Shown: positions 1 to 11,422, counted from the stretch's first letter. The stretch: 64,000 bases of DNA from an uncultured delta proteobacterium (GCA_963803435.1 CAWDML010000001.1:1856001-1920000); one strand, 5' to 3'. Notes: generated by a model not told the origin, from the sequence alone. Program-made: numbers and translations.

Positions 1-557
1 TCCGTCTCGACCAGGATCCGCGCTGCGGTCGGCTTGTGGGCCACCGGCGCCAGCACTGTCTCCGGCCGCTTGATCCCGCCGGCGGCCTGGCCGTCCGAGA
101 CTTCGTTTGCGTCCTTCTCCGCGATCGACTTGGTGACGGCGCGGTACGGATCCTCCTCGAGCTTCGCGTGTTCCTTCGGCTTCGCCTCGACGTCGGGTTC
201 GGCGACCACCACGGGCGGGGACGCCGGCAGCCGACCCGACGCCTCCCGGTCGTCCTCGTCTCCGTCCGCCGAAGAGATCCTCGACTCCAAGGTCACGTCG
301 CCGGCCGGCGCGCGCGTCTGGTCGACCTCGGCCGGTGTCATCGTCTTCGGCTCGGCGAAGGCCTCGGCGATCCGCTGAAGGTCGAGGGGCGCGACGTTCC
401 GCGCCTCGTCGCGCACCGTCGCGGGCGCGTCCAGGCCCAGACGGCGGAAGGCGTCGGCCTCGACCGCGGTCGCCGTCGCCGGCCCCTGCCGCTCGACCTT
501 CTGGGCGCAGGCTGAGGTGAGTAAAAGTAGGAGAAGGCGCGCGCGGCGAGCGGACAT
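1..557 (-). CDS. Hypothetical lipoprotein, 3' part runs off the left edge of the window
   Basis: Manual translation from ATG at 557 gives MSARRARLLLLLLTSAC..., a basic N-terminus, hydrophobic core and lipobox Cys. The frame stays open to position 1. Confidence 0.6.
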   Translation of the reverse strand, partial: MSARRARLLLLLLTSACAQKVERQGPATATAVEADAFRRLGLDAPATVRDEARNVAPLDLQRIAEAFAEPKTMTPAEVDQTRAPAGDVTLESRISSADGDEDDREASGRLPASPPVVVAEPDVEAKPKEHAKLEEDPYRAVTKSIAEKDANEVSDGQAAGGIKRPETVLAPVAHKPTAARILVET

Positions 558-588
558 GGGCAATCAACGTACGACGGGCGCGAAAGAT

Positions 589-658
589 CTAGGGGCGTGT
601 AGCGCGTAAGCGCTCACGCGACCCCGGTCCGGGTCCCGGTCCCGGTCCGGGTCCCGAT
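589..658 (+). repeat. Left inverted repeat with a (GGTCCC/GGTCCG)n hexamer tract
   Basis: ctaggggcgtgtagcgcgtaagcgctcacgcgaccccggtccgggtcccggtcccggtccgggtcccgat. Confidence 0.9.
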
Positions 659-678
659 CTGAAGATGGCTGCCTTGAG

Positions 679-1023
679 TCAGACGCTCGCGACGGTCGCG
701 AGCTTCGATCGGTAGAGCTTGAGCAGGTTGTGGGTGAGGCAGACGAGCGTCCACTCGGCTCGTACCTTGAAGAAGGAGCGTAGCGAGAACCGGCGGAATC
801 CTCGTGCCGCTTTGATCTGTCCGAGCGCCGGTTCGACGATACTCTTCCTGCGGGCGTAGACCGCCTTGCCGTCGCGCGTTTGCAACTTGTCTCGCATTCG
901 CTTGCGAGCGAGCGAGGCAGGTGTGGGCTCCGAAGCTGATGAGGACGGAGTCGACGCGTCTTGGTTCTGTTCGCGTCCAACAGCGATGTGGGCATCGATC
1001 TGATTGTTGTCGCAGAATTCCAT
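679..1023 (-). pseudogene. IS1182-family transposase, C-terminal fragment
   Basis: RMRDKLQTRDGKAVYARRKSIVEPALGQIKAARGFRRFSLR...EWTLVCLTHNLLKL matches the typical IS1182 DDE C-terminus. The N-terminal majority is missing. Confidence 0.88.
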
Positions 1024-1267
1024 CGTGAAGAACACCGCCGAGGGCGCCGGAGAGTTCAATCCACCTGAGAACAATCCACCTGAGAAGGCTCGCTTCTACC
1101 GGATGGCACTTCGCTCTGGCACCGAAAGCGCCGCCTCACTCCACACCTGCTTGAGGCGCCGACTCGCCAACGAGCAGAAGGTCCAAGCCGCCAGAGCCAA
1201 GCTCAAGCGCGTTGTCGAGATGCTCACGCGCCTCATCAAGTCGATGAACGCACGCCGGGCTGCATGA
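1019..1267 (+). pseudogene. Four-helix-bundle (23S rRNA IVS / bAvd-like) protein, 5'-truncated
   Basis: SIVKNTAEGAGEF...EKARFYRMALRSGTESAA matches the S(I/V)xxNIAEG...F..A..S..E signature. It contains an in-frame 15-bp duplication. Confidence 0.8.
1057..1086 (+). repeat. Perfect 15-bp tandem duplication (caatccacctgagaa x2)
   Basis: Read directly from the sequence; adds five residues (NPPEN/NPPEK). Confidence 0.95.
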
Positions 1268-1272
1268 TCGCC

Positions 1273-1337
1273 ATCGGGACCGGGACCGGGACCGGGACCC
1301 GGACCGGGCTCGCGGTAGCGCTACGCGCTACACGCTC

Positions 1338-1341
<4 letters not shown>
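1273..1341 (-). repeat. Right inverted repeat with a (GGGACC)n tract; its terminal CTAG overlaps the stop codon of the HtrA gene
   Basis: atcgggaccgggaccgggaccgggacccggaccgggctcgcggtagcgctacgcgctacacgctcctag. Confidence 0.9.
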
Positions 1342-2633
<1,292 letters not shown>

Positions 2634-2680
2634 ACTCTGCTCCTGGAGGACCGACGCGAAGAACGCAGTCGGTTCACCGC

Positions 2681-5611
2681 TCATTCCCGCCCCAGGTCTT
2701 TCGCCAGCCGGAACCCGAGGCCTGTGTTCACGAAGTCGCGCTGGGTGACGTGCCGGAAGGCCACCCGACAGAAGAGGCCGGTGTCGCTCCAGCACCCCCC
2801 TCTCATGACCGGCATGATCTGGGCGCCGACCTCGGTCGCGCAGATCTCCCGCATGCCTCCCGCCATGTCGCGGGCGCCGTACGGGGAGCAGTCGATCGGA
2901 AACGCCCCCACCGGCTCCGGCTCCGGATAGGGCATGTTGCGGGACTCCTTCATCTTGCAGAAGGTCGGATCGAAGTGATCGCCCCAAGGGAAGAAGCGAC
3001 CGTCCACCCCGCGTGCCGCCTTCTCCCACTCGTTCTCGTGCGGGAGGCGGAGCCGCTCACCGGTCGCCGCGCTCTTCCATTCAATATATGCGAGCGCGTC
3101 CTCCATCGAGACGCCGTTCACCGGCAGGTCCGCAACCCACGCGTGTCCCCCTGGGCTCTTCTCCGGGTACTCGAAGCGGCCGCGCTCCGGATCGAACCGC
3201 CAGTAGTAGCCCTCCTGCGCGCGGGCCCGCGGGACGTGCTCGAGCGCCGCCTTCTCTCCCGACGTGGCGGCCAGGTCGTTGATGAACTCGAGGTACTCGT
3301 CGCAGGTCACCGGGAAGCGCGCGATCGCGAACTCGCCGACCTCGACCACGCGGCGATCGAGCCCGCCGTGCGCGATCGGATCGCCGCCCAGGATGGCCGG
3401 ACCTTCGGGCACCAGGACGAACGACTCGCCGATCTCGTCGACGGTCCTCCAGTCGAGGTGCACGCTCACCGACTCGGTGCGCCCGATCAGCACCGGCCGC
3501 ACGATCTGTCGATCGTTCGGGCGCGAGAAGAACAAGAGATAGCTCCCGATCGGCACCTCGAACTGCTCGACGGGCACACGGCCGAGCAGCCGGCGATCGC
3601 TCGGCCGCAGCACCCGATCGACGTTCTCGAGCCGAGCGATTCCGACCTCGACGTCGACCGGGGTCGCGGTGATCTCGAGCGTCCCGTCGCCCTCGAGGAC
3701 GCGCTCCCAGACCCCGTCGTCGTAGCGCGAGACCAGCGTGCGGTAGTACTTCTGTCCTTCGACGTCCCGGGCGCGCTCCGCCTCACCGAAGCGCGCGAAG
3801 TACAGAGATGCCAGGGCGCTGCGGGCCTCGCGATCGTCGGGGACCTCGCCCAGCGCCCGCAGGAAGGCGGCCTCCGCCTCCTCGAACGCGGCGATGGCGT
3901 CGATCTTCAGCTCGCTGACCCGATCCTCGAGCGTCCAGATCCGGTGCTTCTTCTCGACGCCCTCCCAGGTCGGCACCTCCTTCGCCAGCTTCTTGGCCTC
4001 CGACTCGGCGGACTGGAGCTCGATCTTGAGCTGCTTCCAGCGATCGGTCGCGCGCCGCCCCTCCCGGATCCGGGCCTTCGCCTCCTCGCTCCGCCGCTGC
4101 CGCTCCTTGGCGCCTTCCAGGAAGGACCCAATGTCGTCCGCGAGCTTCTTCGCCGGCGGGCGCGCCTCGGGATCGCTCTGCATCGCAGAGAGACAGAGCT
4201 CCTCGAGGTCGGGCGGGATACCGAGGTCCGGGACGCGCTCGCGGGGGCGGCGGAAGTCGCCGCGGCGGACGCGCATCACGGTTGGCACGAAGCCGAGATC
4301 GGGGAACGCGGGCTCGAGCGTGAGGATCTCGTACAGCGTCGCGCCGAGCCCATAGACGTCCGACTTCGAGCTGACCAGCTCGGGCCGGCCCTCGGTGGCC
4401 TCGGGCGACATATACTGGGGCGTTCCGGTGATCGTACCGCTCGCGGTCTCCGACGCGGAGTAGCGCCCGACCATCCGCACCTGCGGCATGTCCTCGGTGA
4501 TCTCGGGCTCCCGATCCGACTGCACCTTGGCCAGGCCCCAGTCGAGCAAGATCGACTCGCCGTAGCGCCCGACCATGATGTTCGCGGGCTTGATGTCGCG
4601 ATGGATGACGCCGTGCGCGTGGGAGAAGGCGACGGCGTACGCGATCTGCTGGAAGATGGTCAGCATGCGCACGCGCGTGAACTCCTTCATGGTGTCCTGG
4701 TCGCCGTCGCGGAGCTTCTGGATGATGTCGGCGAGCGTGCGGCCGCTCAGCATCTTCATCACGTAGAAGAGCTCGCCGGTGGGGAGGCGACCGATGTCGT
4801 GGATCGGGATGATCGACGGGTGCTCCAGCTGTCCGGTGGCCTGCACCTCGGTCCAGAAGCGCCGGATGAGATTCTCGGGCGCCTGCCCGCCGCCGAGCAG
4901 CACCTTGACGGCGACCTCGCGGCCGATCTCGGTGTCGCGCGCCTTGAGGATGCGCCCCATCCCGCCGCGACCGATCTCGCCCAGGAGCTGATAGCGCTCC
5001 TCCATGTCCTTGCCGCTGGGGGCGAGGCGGAGGCTGCTCTTCTCGATCTCGAGATCGACGCCGCTGCTCCGGAGCGTGCGCGGCCGGGGATGGCTGAGAT
5101 CGAGCGCCTCCGGATAAGCGACGCCGCCGCCGATGATCGGATCCGACGGGGAGCCACCGCGGATGGTGTCGGTCTCGAGGACGTCACCGCCGACGAAGCG
5201 GCTGGGCTCGTAGGGCGCCGTGGGACCGAGGCCGTCCCAATCCTCGTACGCGACGCCCGGGATCTTCGTCGGATTCTCCTCGTCCCACTCGTTCCTCGGC
5301 GGCAGCGGCGTGACCAGGCGGGCCTCGCCGACGAGATCGAACCAGGTGTCGTCGACGCTCTCGTCGGAGACGGTGGAGGTCTCGCTCACGTCTCGCTTTG
5401 AGGCCTCGACCTGCGCGGTCTCCAGCGCGATGCCGGTGAGGCTCCCGCTGTCCATGAGCACCTCGCCGAGGCGACGGTCGGACGAGCTTGCGGCGTCGAG
5501 CGCGCGCAAGAGCTCGTCCATGGGAATCAAGTCGCGCTCGAGGAGATACGCCGCGAGCGCTCTGTCCTCGGGGCGAAGTGATCGAATTGCGGACAACCCC
5601 TCGTCTTTCAT
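2681..5611 (-). CDS. Ser/Thr protein kinase with an N-terminal MshEN-like segment and a C-terminal FGE-sulfatase (SUMF1-like) domain
   Basis: IGRGGMG, VAVK, HRDIKPANI, DWGLAK, GTPQYMSPE; C-terminal FPVTCDEY, RLPHENEWEKAARG, FPWG, GFRL. Confidence 0.92.
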   Translation of the reverse strand: MKDEGLSAIRSLRPEDRALAAYLLERDLIPMDELLRALDAASSSDRRLGEVLMDSGSLTGIALETAQVEASKRDVSETSTVSDESVDDTWFDLVGEARLVTPLPPRNEWDEENPTKIPGVAYEDWDGLGPTAPYEPSRFVGGDVLETDTIRGGSPSDPIIGGGVAYPEALDLSHPRPRTLRSSGVDLEIEKSSLRLAPSGKDMEERYQLLGEIGRGGMGRILKARDTEIGREVAVKVLLGGGQAPENLIRRFWTEVQATGQLEHPSIIPIHDIGRLPTGELFYVMKMLSGRTLADIIQKLRDGDQDTMKEFTRVRMLTIFQQIAYAVAFSHAHGVIHRDIKPANIMVGRYGESILLDWGLAKVQSDREPEITEDMPQVRMVGRYSASETASGTITGTPQYMSPEATEGRPELVSSKSDVYGLGATLYEILTLEPAFPDLGFVPTVMRVRRGDFRRPRERVPDLGIPPDLEELCLSAMQSDPEARPPAKKLADDIGSFLEGAKERQRRSEEAKARIREGRRATDRWKQLKIELQSAESEAKKLAKEVPTWEGVEKKHRIWTLEDRVSELKIDAIAAFEEAEAAFLRALGEVPDDREARSALASLYFARFGEAERARDVEGQKYYRTLVSRYDDGVWERVLEGDGTLEITATPVDVEVGIARLENVDRVLRPSDRRLLGRVPVEQFEVPIGSYLLFFSRPNDRQIVRPVLIGRTESVSVHLDWRTVDEIGESFVLVPEGPAILGGDPIAHGGLDRRVVEVGEFAIARFPVTCDEYLEFINDLAATSGEKAALEHVPRARAQEGYYWRFDPERGRFEYPEKSPGGHAWVADLPVNGVSMEDALAYIEWKSAATGERLRLPHENEWEKAARGVDGRFFPWGDHFDPTFCKMKESRNMPYPEPEPVGAFPIDCSPYGARDMAGGMREICATEVGAQIMPVMRGGCWSDTGLFCRVAFRHVTQRDFVNTGLGFRLAKDLGRE

Positions 5612-5705
5612 GACCCAGACCGGGCCTCCGGTAAAGAAAGGGGCAAACGCTTTTCAGCCGGGGCCGACTGCGCTAATTGACCCCCTCACCGGGGAAAGGA
5701 ATCCA

Positions 5706-6668
5706 ATGAGCCAACTTCAACCGATATTGCTCGTTCTCCTCCTCGGGGCTGTCGGATACGCAGTCTATCTCTGGCGCAAGATCTCGGGCCTCGAAGGCTC
5801 CCTTCGCGCCGATCGACAAGCGAGCGATGAACGGCGCGCCGACCTGGAAAAGGCGCGAAAAGAGAGCCGTGAACGCCGCGATGAGCTCGAAGACCTGCGC
5901 AAACAGCTCCAGGATGCGAAGGGAAAGCTCAAGCGACAGCAGCGCGACCACGAGGAGGGTCAGGGGAAGAAGCGGCGGGGTGGAACTCTCGCCGAGCGGG
6001 CCGACGAATCGGAGTCCGCCGCCGCCATCGTGCGCGTCGGAGATCGCGAGGTCGAGGAGGCCCACCGTCGCGAAGTGGATCGCCTGGAGGCCGAGATCCA
6101 GCGCGCCAACCAGGAGCTCCGGCGGGCGAACGACACCATCGAGAAGATGAAGCGAGCCGAGGAGCGGAAGAAGGAAGACGCCGAGCTGGCGGCCAAGGCG
6201 CTCGCGGGCGAGGAGTCCGCGCCGGTGGCCGAGGGCGCCACCGAAGCGGAGAAGATCAGCCTCCTCACCGAGCAGCTGGAGACGCTCAAGCGTGCCGCCT
6301 CCGTCGAGCAGAAGCGGCTCTCCTCCGAGGTGATGAAGCTCGACGTCAAGGCCAAGAACGCGCTCAAGCGGGCGACCAACAACCACTCGCTCTACCTGGT
6401 GGTGAAGGGCCAGCTCGAGCTCGCCGAGGACAAGCTGGCGCTGTTGCGCATGAAGTACGAAGGCGCGAAGAAGCCGGAGGAGATGAAGAGCAGCGACCTC
6501 GCCGAGCAGGTGGTGGAGACCGCCGAGGCCGCCGCGGCTGCGGTGGAGGCGGCGGCCGAAGAGGCCGCGCTGCCGGCGTCCGACGAGGCCTCCGGGATGG
6601 ACGTCATCCCGGACGTGGAGCCGGAGACCGCGGAGGCGGCGCCTGAGGACAAAGCCACCACCGTATGA
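5706..6668 (+). CDS. Membrane-anchored coiled-coil protein
   Basis: AAGGA RBS, N-terminal TM helix (ILLVLLLGAVGYAVYLW), long E/K/R-rich heptad region. Confidence 0.75.
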   Translation: MSQLQPILLVLLLGAVGYAVYLWRKISGLEGSLRADRQASDERRADLEKARKESRERRDELEDLRKQLQDAKGKLKRQQRDHEEGQGKKRRGGTLAERADESESAAAIVRVGDREVEEAHRREVDRLEAEIQRANQELRRANDTIEKMKRAEERKKEDAELAAKALAGEESAPVAEGATEAEKISLLTEQLETLKRAASVEQKRLSSEVMKLDVKAKNALKRATNNHSLYLVVKGQLELAEDKLALLRMKYEGAKKPEEMKSSDLAEQVVETAEAAAAAVEAAAEEAALPASDEASGMDVIPDVEPETAEAAPEDKATTV

Positions 6669-6669
6669 G

Positions 6670-8037
6670 ATGCGGCTGCTCCTGATCGCTCTGGTGGCGG
6701 CCACGCCTGCGTACGCGACCGATCCCAACGTCGTGATCTTCGGAGGCGGCTGGGGCCCCGAGGGCACCCAGGCCTCGATCGAGGCGCACGTGGCCGCGCT
6801 GGTGAAGGCGCTGAGCGCGAGCAAGCCGGACGTGCTCTTCGCCGGCGACAGCGTGCTGCGATCGGTGCAGGTCGCACGGGACAGCGACGATCCGATCGAC
6901 GCGGTGCTCGGGAGCGTGTTCGATCGGCGCGACCACCTTCAGGTCGACTACCGAAAGAAACGGGTGCCGAGCGCGAAGGCGTCCCGGCAGGCGCTGCTCG
7001 ACTCAATCGCGCGGAACGCCGGCGACGACGGGTTGATCGTGCTCGGCGCCGGACACGGCTCGCCCGCCGAGGAGGGACAGCAGGCCGCGCTCGAGATGTG
7101 GGGCCCCGACGATCGGCTCCCGGTCGGCGACCTGGCTGCGCACCTGGATCGCACCGCCAAGGGTCCGGTCGCGTTCGTGCTGGGGCACTGCCACTCGGGC
7201 GCGTTCACGGACCTGATCTACGTGGCGGGCAAGCCACCGAAGATCGCGACGCCCTCGCGGTGCGTGTTGGCGGCGGTACCGCGCGACCAGGAGGCGGCCG
7301 GTTGTACGCCCGACCTCGACGATCCGAGCGCGGACGCGTACATGGCGATGATCGCGGAGGCGTTCGAGAAGGGCGCCGACTTCGACGGTGACGGCGCCAC
7401 CTCTCTCGCCGAGGCCCATGCGTACGCGCGGATCAACGACGGCACGGTCGACCTGCCGGTGGCCTCGAGCGAGGTCTGGCTGCGGTCGCGCCTGGGGTCC
7501 CGCCTGCCGAACGCCGAGGGCGTCCCGATCGCCAAGCTCCTGGCGGGGACGCGCCCCACCGAACGCGCGGTGCTCGAGCAGCTCCAGCAGGGACGGCTGC
7601 TGCAGGAAGGACCCAAGGCCGTGGTCGAGGATCTCGAGGATCTGGAGGATTGGATCGACGAGGGCTCGAAGAAGCTCGACGAGGCGCTGGACGGGCGCGA
7701 CCTGCTCCGTAGGCAGGTGGTCGACGCCGTGCTGGCGCGATGGCCCGAGCTGGTGAATCCGTACCACCACGTGTCGCGGCAGATGCTGGCCGGCGACGCC
7801 CGCGAGGTGGTCGAGTTCATCAAGAAGCGGCCGGAGTGGGTGGAGATGGTGCGGCGGGACGAGGAGATCCGCGCGCGGGATCAGCAGGTGTTGTCGCTCG
7901 AGAAGCGGGCCGCGGTTCTCTCGCGGTTCGTGCGCACCGTTCAGGTCGTCGCCGGGGAACGGATGCTGTCACGGCGCGATCGCGCCACGCTCCGCGCGCT
8001 GGTCACCTGCGAGTCGATGAAGCCGCGCGTCCGTTGA
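6670..8037 (+). CDS. Secreted clan CD (C13/caspase-like) cysteine peptidase domain protein
   Basis: Signal peptide; His-Gly motif (VLGAGHG) and Cys motif (LGHCHSGAF) typical of the caspase/legumain fold. Confidence 0.65.
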   Translation: MRLLLIALVAATPAYATDPNVVIFGGGWGPEGTQASIEAHVAALVKALSASKPDVLFAGDSVLRSVQVARDSDDPIDAVLGSVFDRRDHLQVDYRKKRVPSAKASRQALLDSIARNAGDDGLIVLGAGHGSPAEEGQQAALEMWGPDDRLPVGDLAAHLDRTAKGPVAFVLGHCHSGAFTDLIYVAGKPPKIATPSRCVLAAVPRDQEAAGCTPDLDDPSADAYMAMIAEAFEKGADFDGDGATSLAEAHAYARINDGTVDLPVASSEVWLRSRLGSRLPNAEGVPIAKLLAGTRPTERAVLEQLQQGRLLQEGPKAVVEDLEDLEDWIDEGSKKLDEALDGRDLLRRQVVDAVLARWPELVNPYHHVSRQMLAGDAREVVEFIKKRPEWVEMVRRDEEIRARDQQVLSLEKRAAVLSRFVRTVQVVAGERMLSRRDRATLRALVTCESMKPRVR

Positions 8038-8039
8038 AG

Positions 8040-8717
8040 CTAGCCCTGCGACTCGAGCGTCGCGTCGATCTGATCGATCCACCGCGAGATGCTGCCGGCG
8101 CGAACGCGCATCTTGGCGCGCGTGTCCGGCTCGGTCGCCGGCGCGTAGCCGAGCTCGGCGTCCTCGCGGTGACGGATCAACAGACCGCGTGCGATCAGGT
8201 CCGGGTTGTTGTCCGCACAGCGCGGCACGCGCAGGCTCTCGACCTCCTCGCGCAGCCGCGCGAGACGCTGGTGGTCGTGCTGCCAGAGGCGGGCGCGGCG
8301 GCGGTAGAGCGCCTGACGGCGTCGGATCTCGGCGCGCGCGCCGTCGATGGCGGGCGCGAGCTCGTCCATCAGCCGCTCGAAGAGCTTCTCGGGGTCGACC
8401 CACAGCAGCCGGCACGAGCGGCGGACGGCGTTCGGGATCAGGCTGGCGGCGACGAGGATGAGCACGTCGGCCTCCGTGGAGAGCAGCGCCATCCGGTAGT
8501 CGAGCGGTACCGGGCGGAGGACCTCAGCGTTGCGACCGACCCGCTCGACGTAGAGGCAGGCCCCTTGGGCGAGGGCCTCGGCGCGGCGACCGACGGCCTC
8601 GCGGGAGGCCTGGCCCCAGACCGAGAGGCGGGCGTCGAGCGCCTGGACGGTGGCCGGCCGGCGCGGCGTGATGTCTTCCTCGAAGGAGTCGGACGGGAGC
8701 TTGTGGGCGATGACCAT
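8040..8717 (-). CDS. Hypothetical protein
   Basis: Open frame with GC3-biased codons, converging on the peptidase gene; sigma-54-like motif upstream. Confidence 0.6.
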   Translation of the reverse strand: MVIAHKLPSDSFEEDITPRRPATVQALDARLSVWGQASREAVGRRAEALAQGACLYVERVGRNAEVLRPVPLDYRMALLSTEADVLILVAASLIPNAVRRSCRLLWVDPEKLFERLMDELAPAIDGARAEIRRRQALYRRRARLWQHDHQRLARLREEVESLRVPRCADNNPDLIARGLLIRHREDAELGYAPATEPDTRAKMRVRAGSISRWIDQIDATLESQG

Positions 8718-8729
8718 GGCGCTTCCCTC

Positions 8730-8745
8730 AGCACAGGGAGTGCCA
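8730..8745 (-). promoter_or_regulatory. Sigma-54-like -24/-12 promoter
   Basis: Minus strand TGGCACTCCCTGTGCT, GG-N10-GC. Confidence 0.55.
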
Positions 8746-8983
8746 AGTCTCACGCCCGCCGTCCGCGGCGGTTTCCGCGCCGGATCTCGGGTCGTATTGA
8801 GGCATCGACTCCACGACCTGCCCCAGACCGCGGCATTGAGCCCGCGCCTATTCACCCTGTCGGACGGCCCGGGTGACCTGGCTGCCTGGCTGATGCGCGA
8901 GGATCGGAGGCAACCGGCGGCCGAGCATGAGGTTTTCCGAGCGCACCCGACCGACCGATGTCTAGGGGTGAGGCATCGATGTC

Positions 8984-9580
8984 TCAGACCTGATGCTCCC
9001 GATGTTCCAGCATCCGTCGGATATTGCCCTGATGGCGGACGAGAATGATCAGCGAGCAGAGCACCGCCAGCCCGGTGACCTCGAGCCGTCCGTCGAGGAA
9101 CCAGGTCGCGGTGGTGAGGACGAGCGCGCCGATCAGCGAGCCGAGGCTGACGAACTTGCTGACGAGAAAAGTCACCAAGAAGGCGGCGATCGCCACCCCG
9201 GTAGATAACGGTGAAAGTGCGAGGAACACCCCCAGCGCGGTGGCCACGCCCTTCCCTCCCCGAAACGCGAGGTAGATCGGCAGCACGTGTCCGACGACAG
9301 CCGCGAGCCCGGCGGCCGCGAGCCAGCGCGCGTCGAGGTGGAGGACGTACTGGCCGATCAGGATCGGAGCGGCCCCCTTCGCCGCGTCGAGCAGCAGAGT
9401 GAGCACGCCGACGGTCTTGCCGGCGGTGCGCGCGACGTTCGTGGCGCCGATGTTCCCGCTGCCCGCGCTTCGTACGTCGACGCCGGCGGCCTTGCCGAGG
9501 AGGAGACCGAACGGGATCGCGCCGACCAGATAGGCCGCCAAGACTACGAGGATCGGGATCGTCGGGGGCATCGTCACCAT
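8984..9580 (-). CDS. plsY: Glycerol-3-phosphate acyltransferase PlsY
   Basis: AYLVGAIPFG, GSGNIGATNVAR, DAAKG, GHVLPIYLAFRGGKGVAT, RHQGNIRR. Confidence 0.95.
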   Translation of the reverse strand: MVTMPPTIPILVVLAAYLVGAIPFGLLLGKAAGVDVRSAGSGNIGATNVARTAGKTVGVLTLLLDAAKGAAPILIGQYVLHLDARWLAAAGLAAVVGHVLPIYLAFRGGKGVATALGVFLALSPLSTGVAIAAFLVTFLVSKFVSLGSLIGALVLTTATWFLDGRLEVTGLAVLCSLIILVRHQGNIRRMLEHREHQV

Positions 9581-10263
9581 AGCTTTACCGCCACCAGCGC
9601 GACGGGCGTGGCCACCACCGCGAACGACTTGAGCGAGGTGAGGCCGTGAATCTCGCGCAGCGCCACGGCGTGGAGGAACAGGCTCCAGAAGACGCCCACC
9701 AGGAAGCCGCCCACCGGGATGATCGCGAAGATCATCGGCGCAAAGCCGAAGCAGACGGCGCGCACCGTGGCGGGGACCGCGACTGAGCGTCCGGAGAAGA
9801 GCGTGGCTGCCAGCTGATAGAACGTGCCGAGATACGCGATCGACATCAGCGACGCGAGCAATACCAGGCCGCCGAAGCGCAGTGTCGCGCGGGCGTCGTA
9901 GGGCGCCTCGCGCCAGAGGAGGAGGAACGCAGCGGCCTGCACGGTGACAGCCGGGAGAAGGACCAGCAGCGCGAAGCTGGGCGCGCGCCCGATCCGGGGC
10001 GATCCCAGGTTCTGGAAGAACGCCGTGGGCGCCGTGAGGACGGCGCGGATCGTGAGGAGAAAGCCCCGGAGCCGCCCCCGCTCCTCCCAGGGGGTTCCGA
10101 GCGGGCGGGCCGAGTTCTTTACAGACGGCTCGGGTGCAGGCTCGATCGGGGCCTCCGCGCGATGGATCGAGACTTCCAGCCGGGCCCCGCAGACGGGGCA
10201 GAACAGCGCGCCGCTCCCGGCGATCGGGAAGCGCTCCGAGCAGGCAGGGCATCGTGCACGCAC
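9574..10263 (-). CDS. Zinc-ribbon plus YIP1-family membrane protein
   Basis: CPAC...CPVC, then PWEE..GFLLTIRAVLTAPTAFF and about five TM helices. GTG start inferred. Confidence 0.7.
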   Translation of the reverse strand: MRARCPACSERFPIAGSGALFCPVCGARLEVSIHRAEAPIEPAPEPSVKNSARPLGTPWEERGRLRGFLLTIRAVLTAPTAFFQNLGSPRIGRAPSFALLVLLPAVTVQAAAFLLLWREAPYDARATLRFGGLVLLASLMSIAYLGTFYQLAATLFSGRSVAVPATVRAVCFGFAPMIFAIIPVGGFLVGVFWSLFLHAVALREIHGLTSLKSFAVVATPVALVAVKLW

Positions 10264-10277
10264 GGCGTGGGTCGAGC

Positions 10278-11422
10278 ATGACCGCGAACGACCGCGGAGG
10301 GAAAGGGCCGGATCGCCGTGGCGCGCACGCTCACCTCGCGCTGGTCCTGTTCCCGTTGGCGCTGGTCCTATGGCCGGGGCGCGCGGAGGCGTTCGACGAG
10401 GGGCAGGCGCTGCGGGCGCGGCTCCTGTTCCGCCCGCTCCTCCTCGACTACGAGCTCCCCGGACACCCGAACGAGGTGGGCCGCGGCCATGCCGGGACGG
10501 TGGGCACCGCCTCCTTGATCTGGAGCTACGACGCATTCCTCGAGATCGAGGGCGGCGTCCTGTTCCGGCTGCCGTTCGCGCTCGACTTCGACGAGGAGGC
10601 CGGCGCCTTTCCCATCCTGGCGCTGACGCTGGCGCCGTTCGGACCTCCGCTGACGCTGCGGTTCGGCTCGCTCGACATCCACCACGGCCACCACCCGGCG
10701 GTGCTCGACGAGGATTGCTACGCGTACGGGCGTCCCTATCAGGAGCTATACAACCGCAGCATCGACGTGGTGCGCGACGTCGGCCGCGATCCCTTTCTTC
10801 CGGTGGAGAACGGCGCTCAGCTGCGGGCCGTGTTCGACCACGTGCGCGCCGAGGCGTACCTCGACTGGCAGCTCCTGGAGACAAAGGCGCACCGGGAGAA
10901 GTTCGCGGTGGGCACGCTCGCGCGGTTCGACAGCCGCTGGCTCGACGCCGGCTTCGACTACCGGCTCGTGCACTACGGCGGCCAGCTCTTCACCAAGGTG
11001 CGCGCGGGCTTCGATCCGAAGCGCGTCGCCACCACGCTGGCGGTGTTCGTGAAGCCGCGACCGCTGGCGCTCGACTGGCTCACCGTCGAGCTATGGGGCG
11101 CGTTCATCTACGGCAAGGCGCCCGAGAGCCACTATGGGTTCGAGGTGGGCGGGGACGTGACGCTGTTCGGGATCGGCCGTCTCGGTTACCGGGCGTGGCG
11201 GCCCGAGCAGAAGCGCGCGCGCTTCGTCTCCGAGGACGGCGATCCGGTGTACTCGGGACCGCGCTCGCACCGCGCGATCATCGGCCTGTTCGGACGCTAC
11301 GGCGTGGCGGAGCTCTCGGGACGGCTCGACCTGGTGTTCGCCGAGGGCAGCCACGAGGTCGAGTACCTCACGGTGAGCACGCTGACGTTCGTCTGGGAGC
11401 CGGTGATCTTCACGAACGTCCA

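Noticed and set aside
620-1310. Hexamer tracts as a CRISPR array
   Set aside because: They are 6-bp tandem units inside inverted repeats, with no spacers and no cas genes.
2750-5401. Long antisense ORFs (for example 2750-5401 +, 28843-31614 +, 32484-34667 +, 45233-47773 +, 59863-62850 -)
   Set aside because: They are shadows of real genes on the opposite strand, expected at ~70% GC, with Arg/Gly/Ala-rich translations and no motifs.
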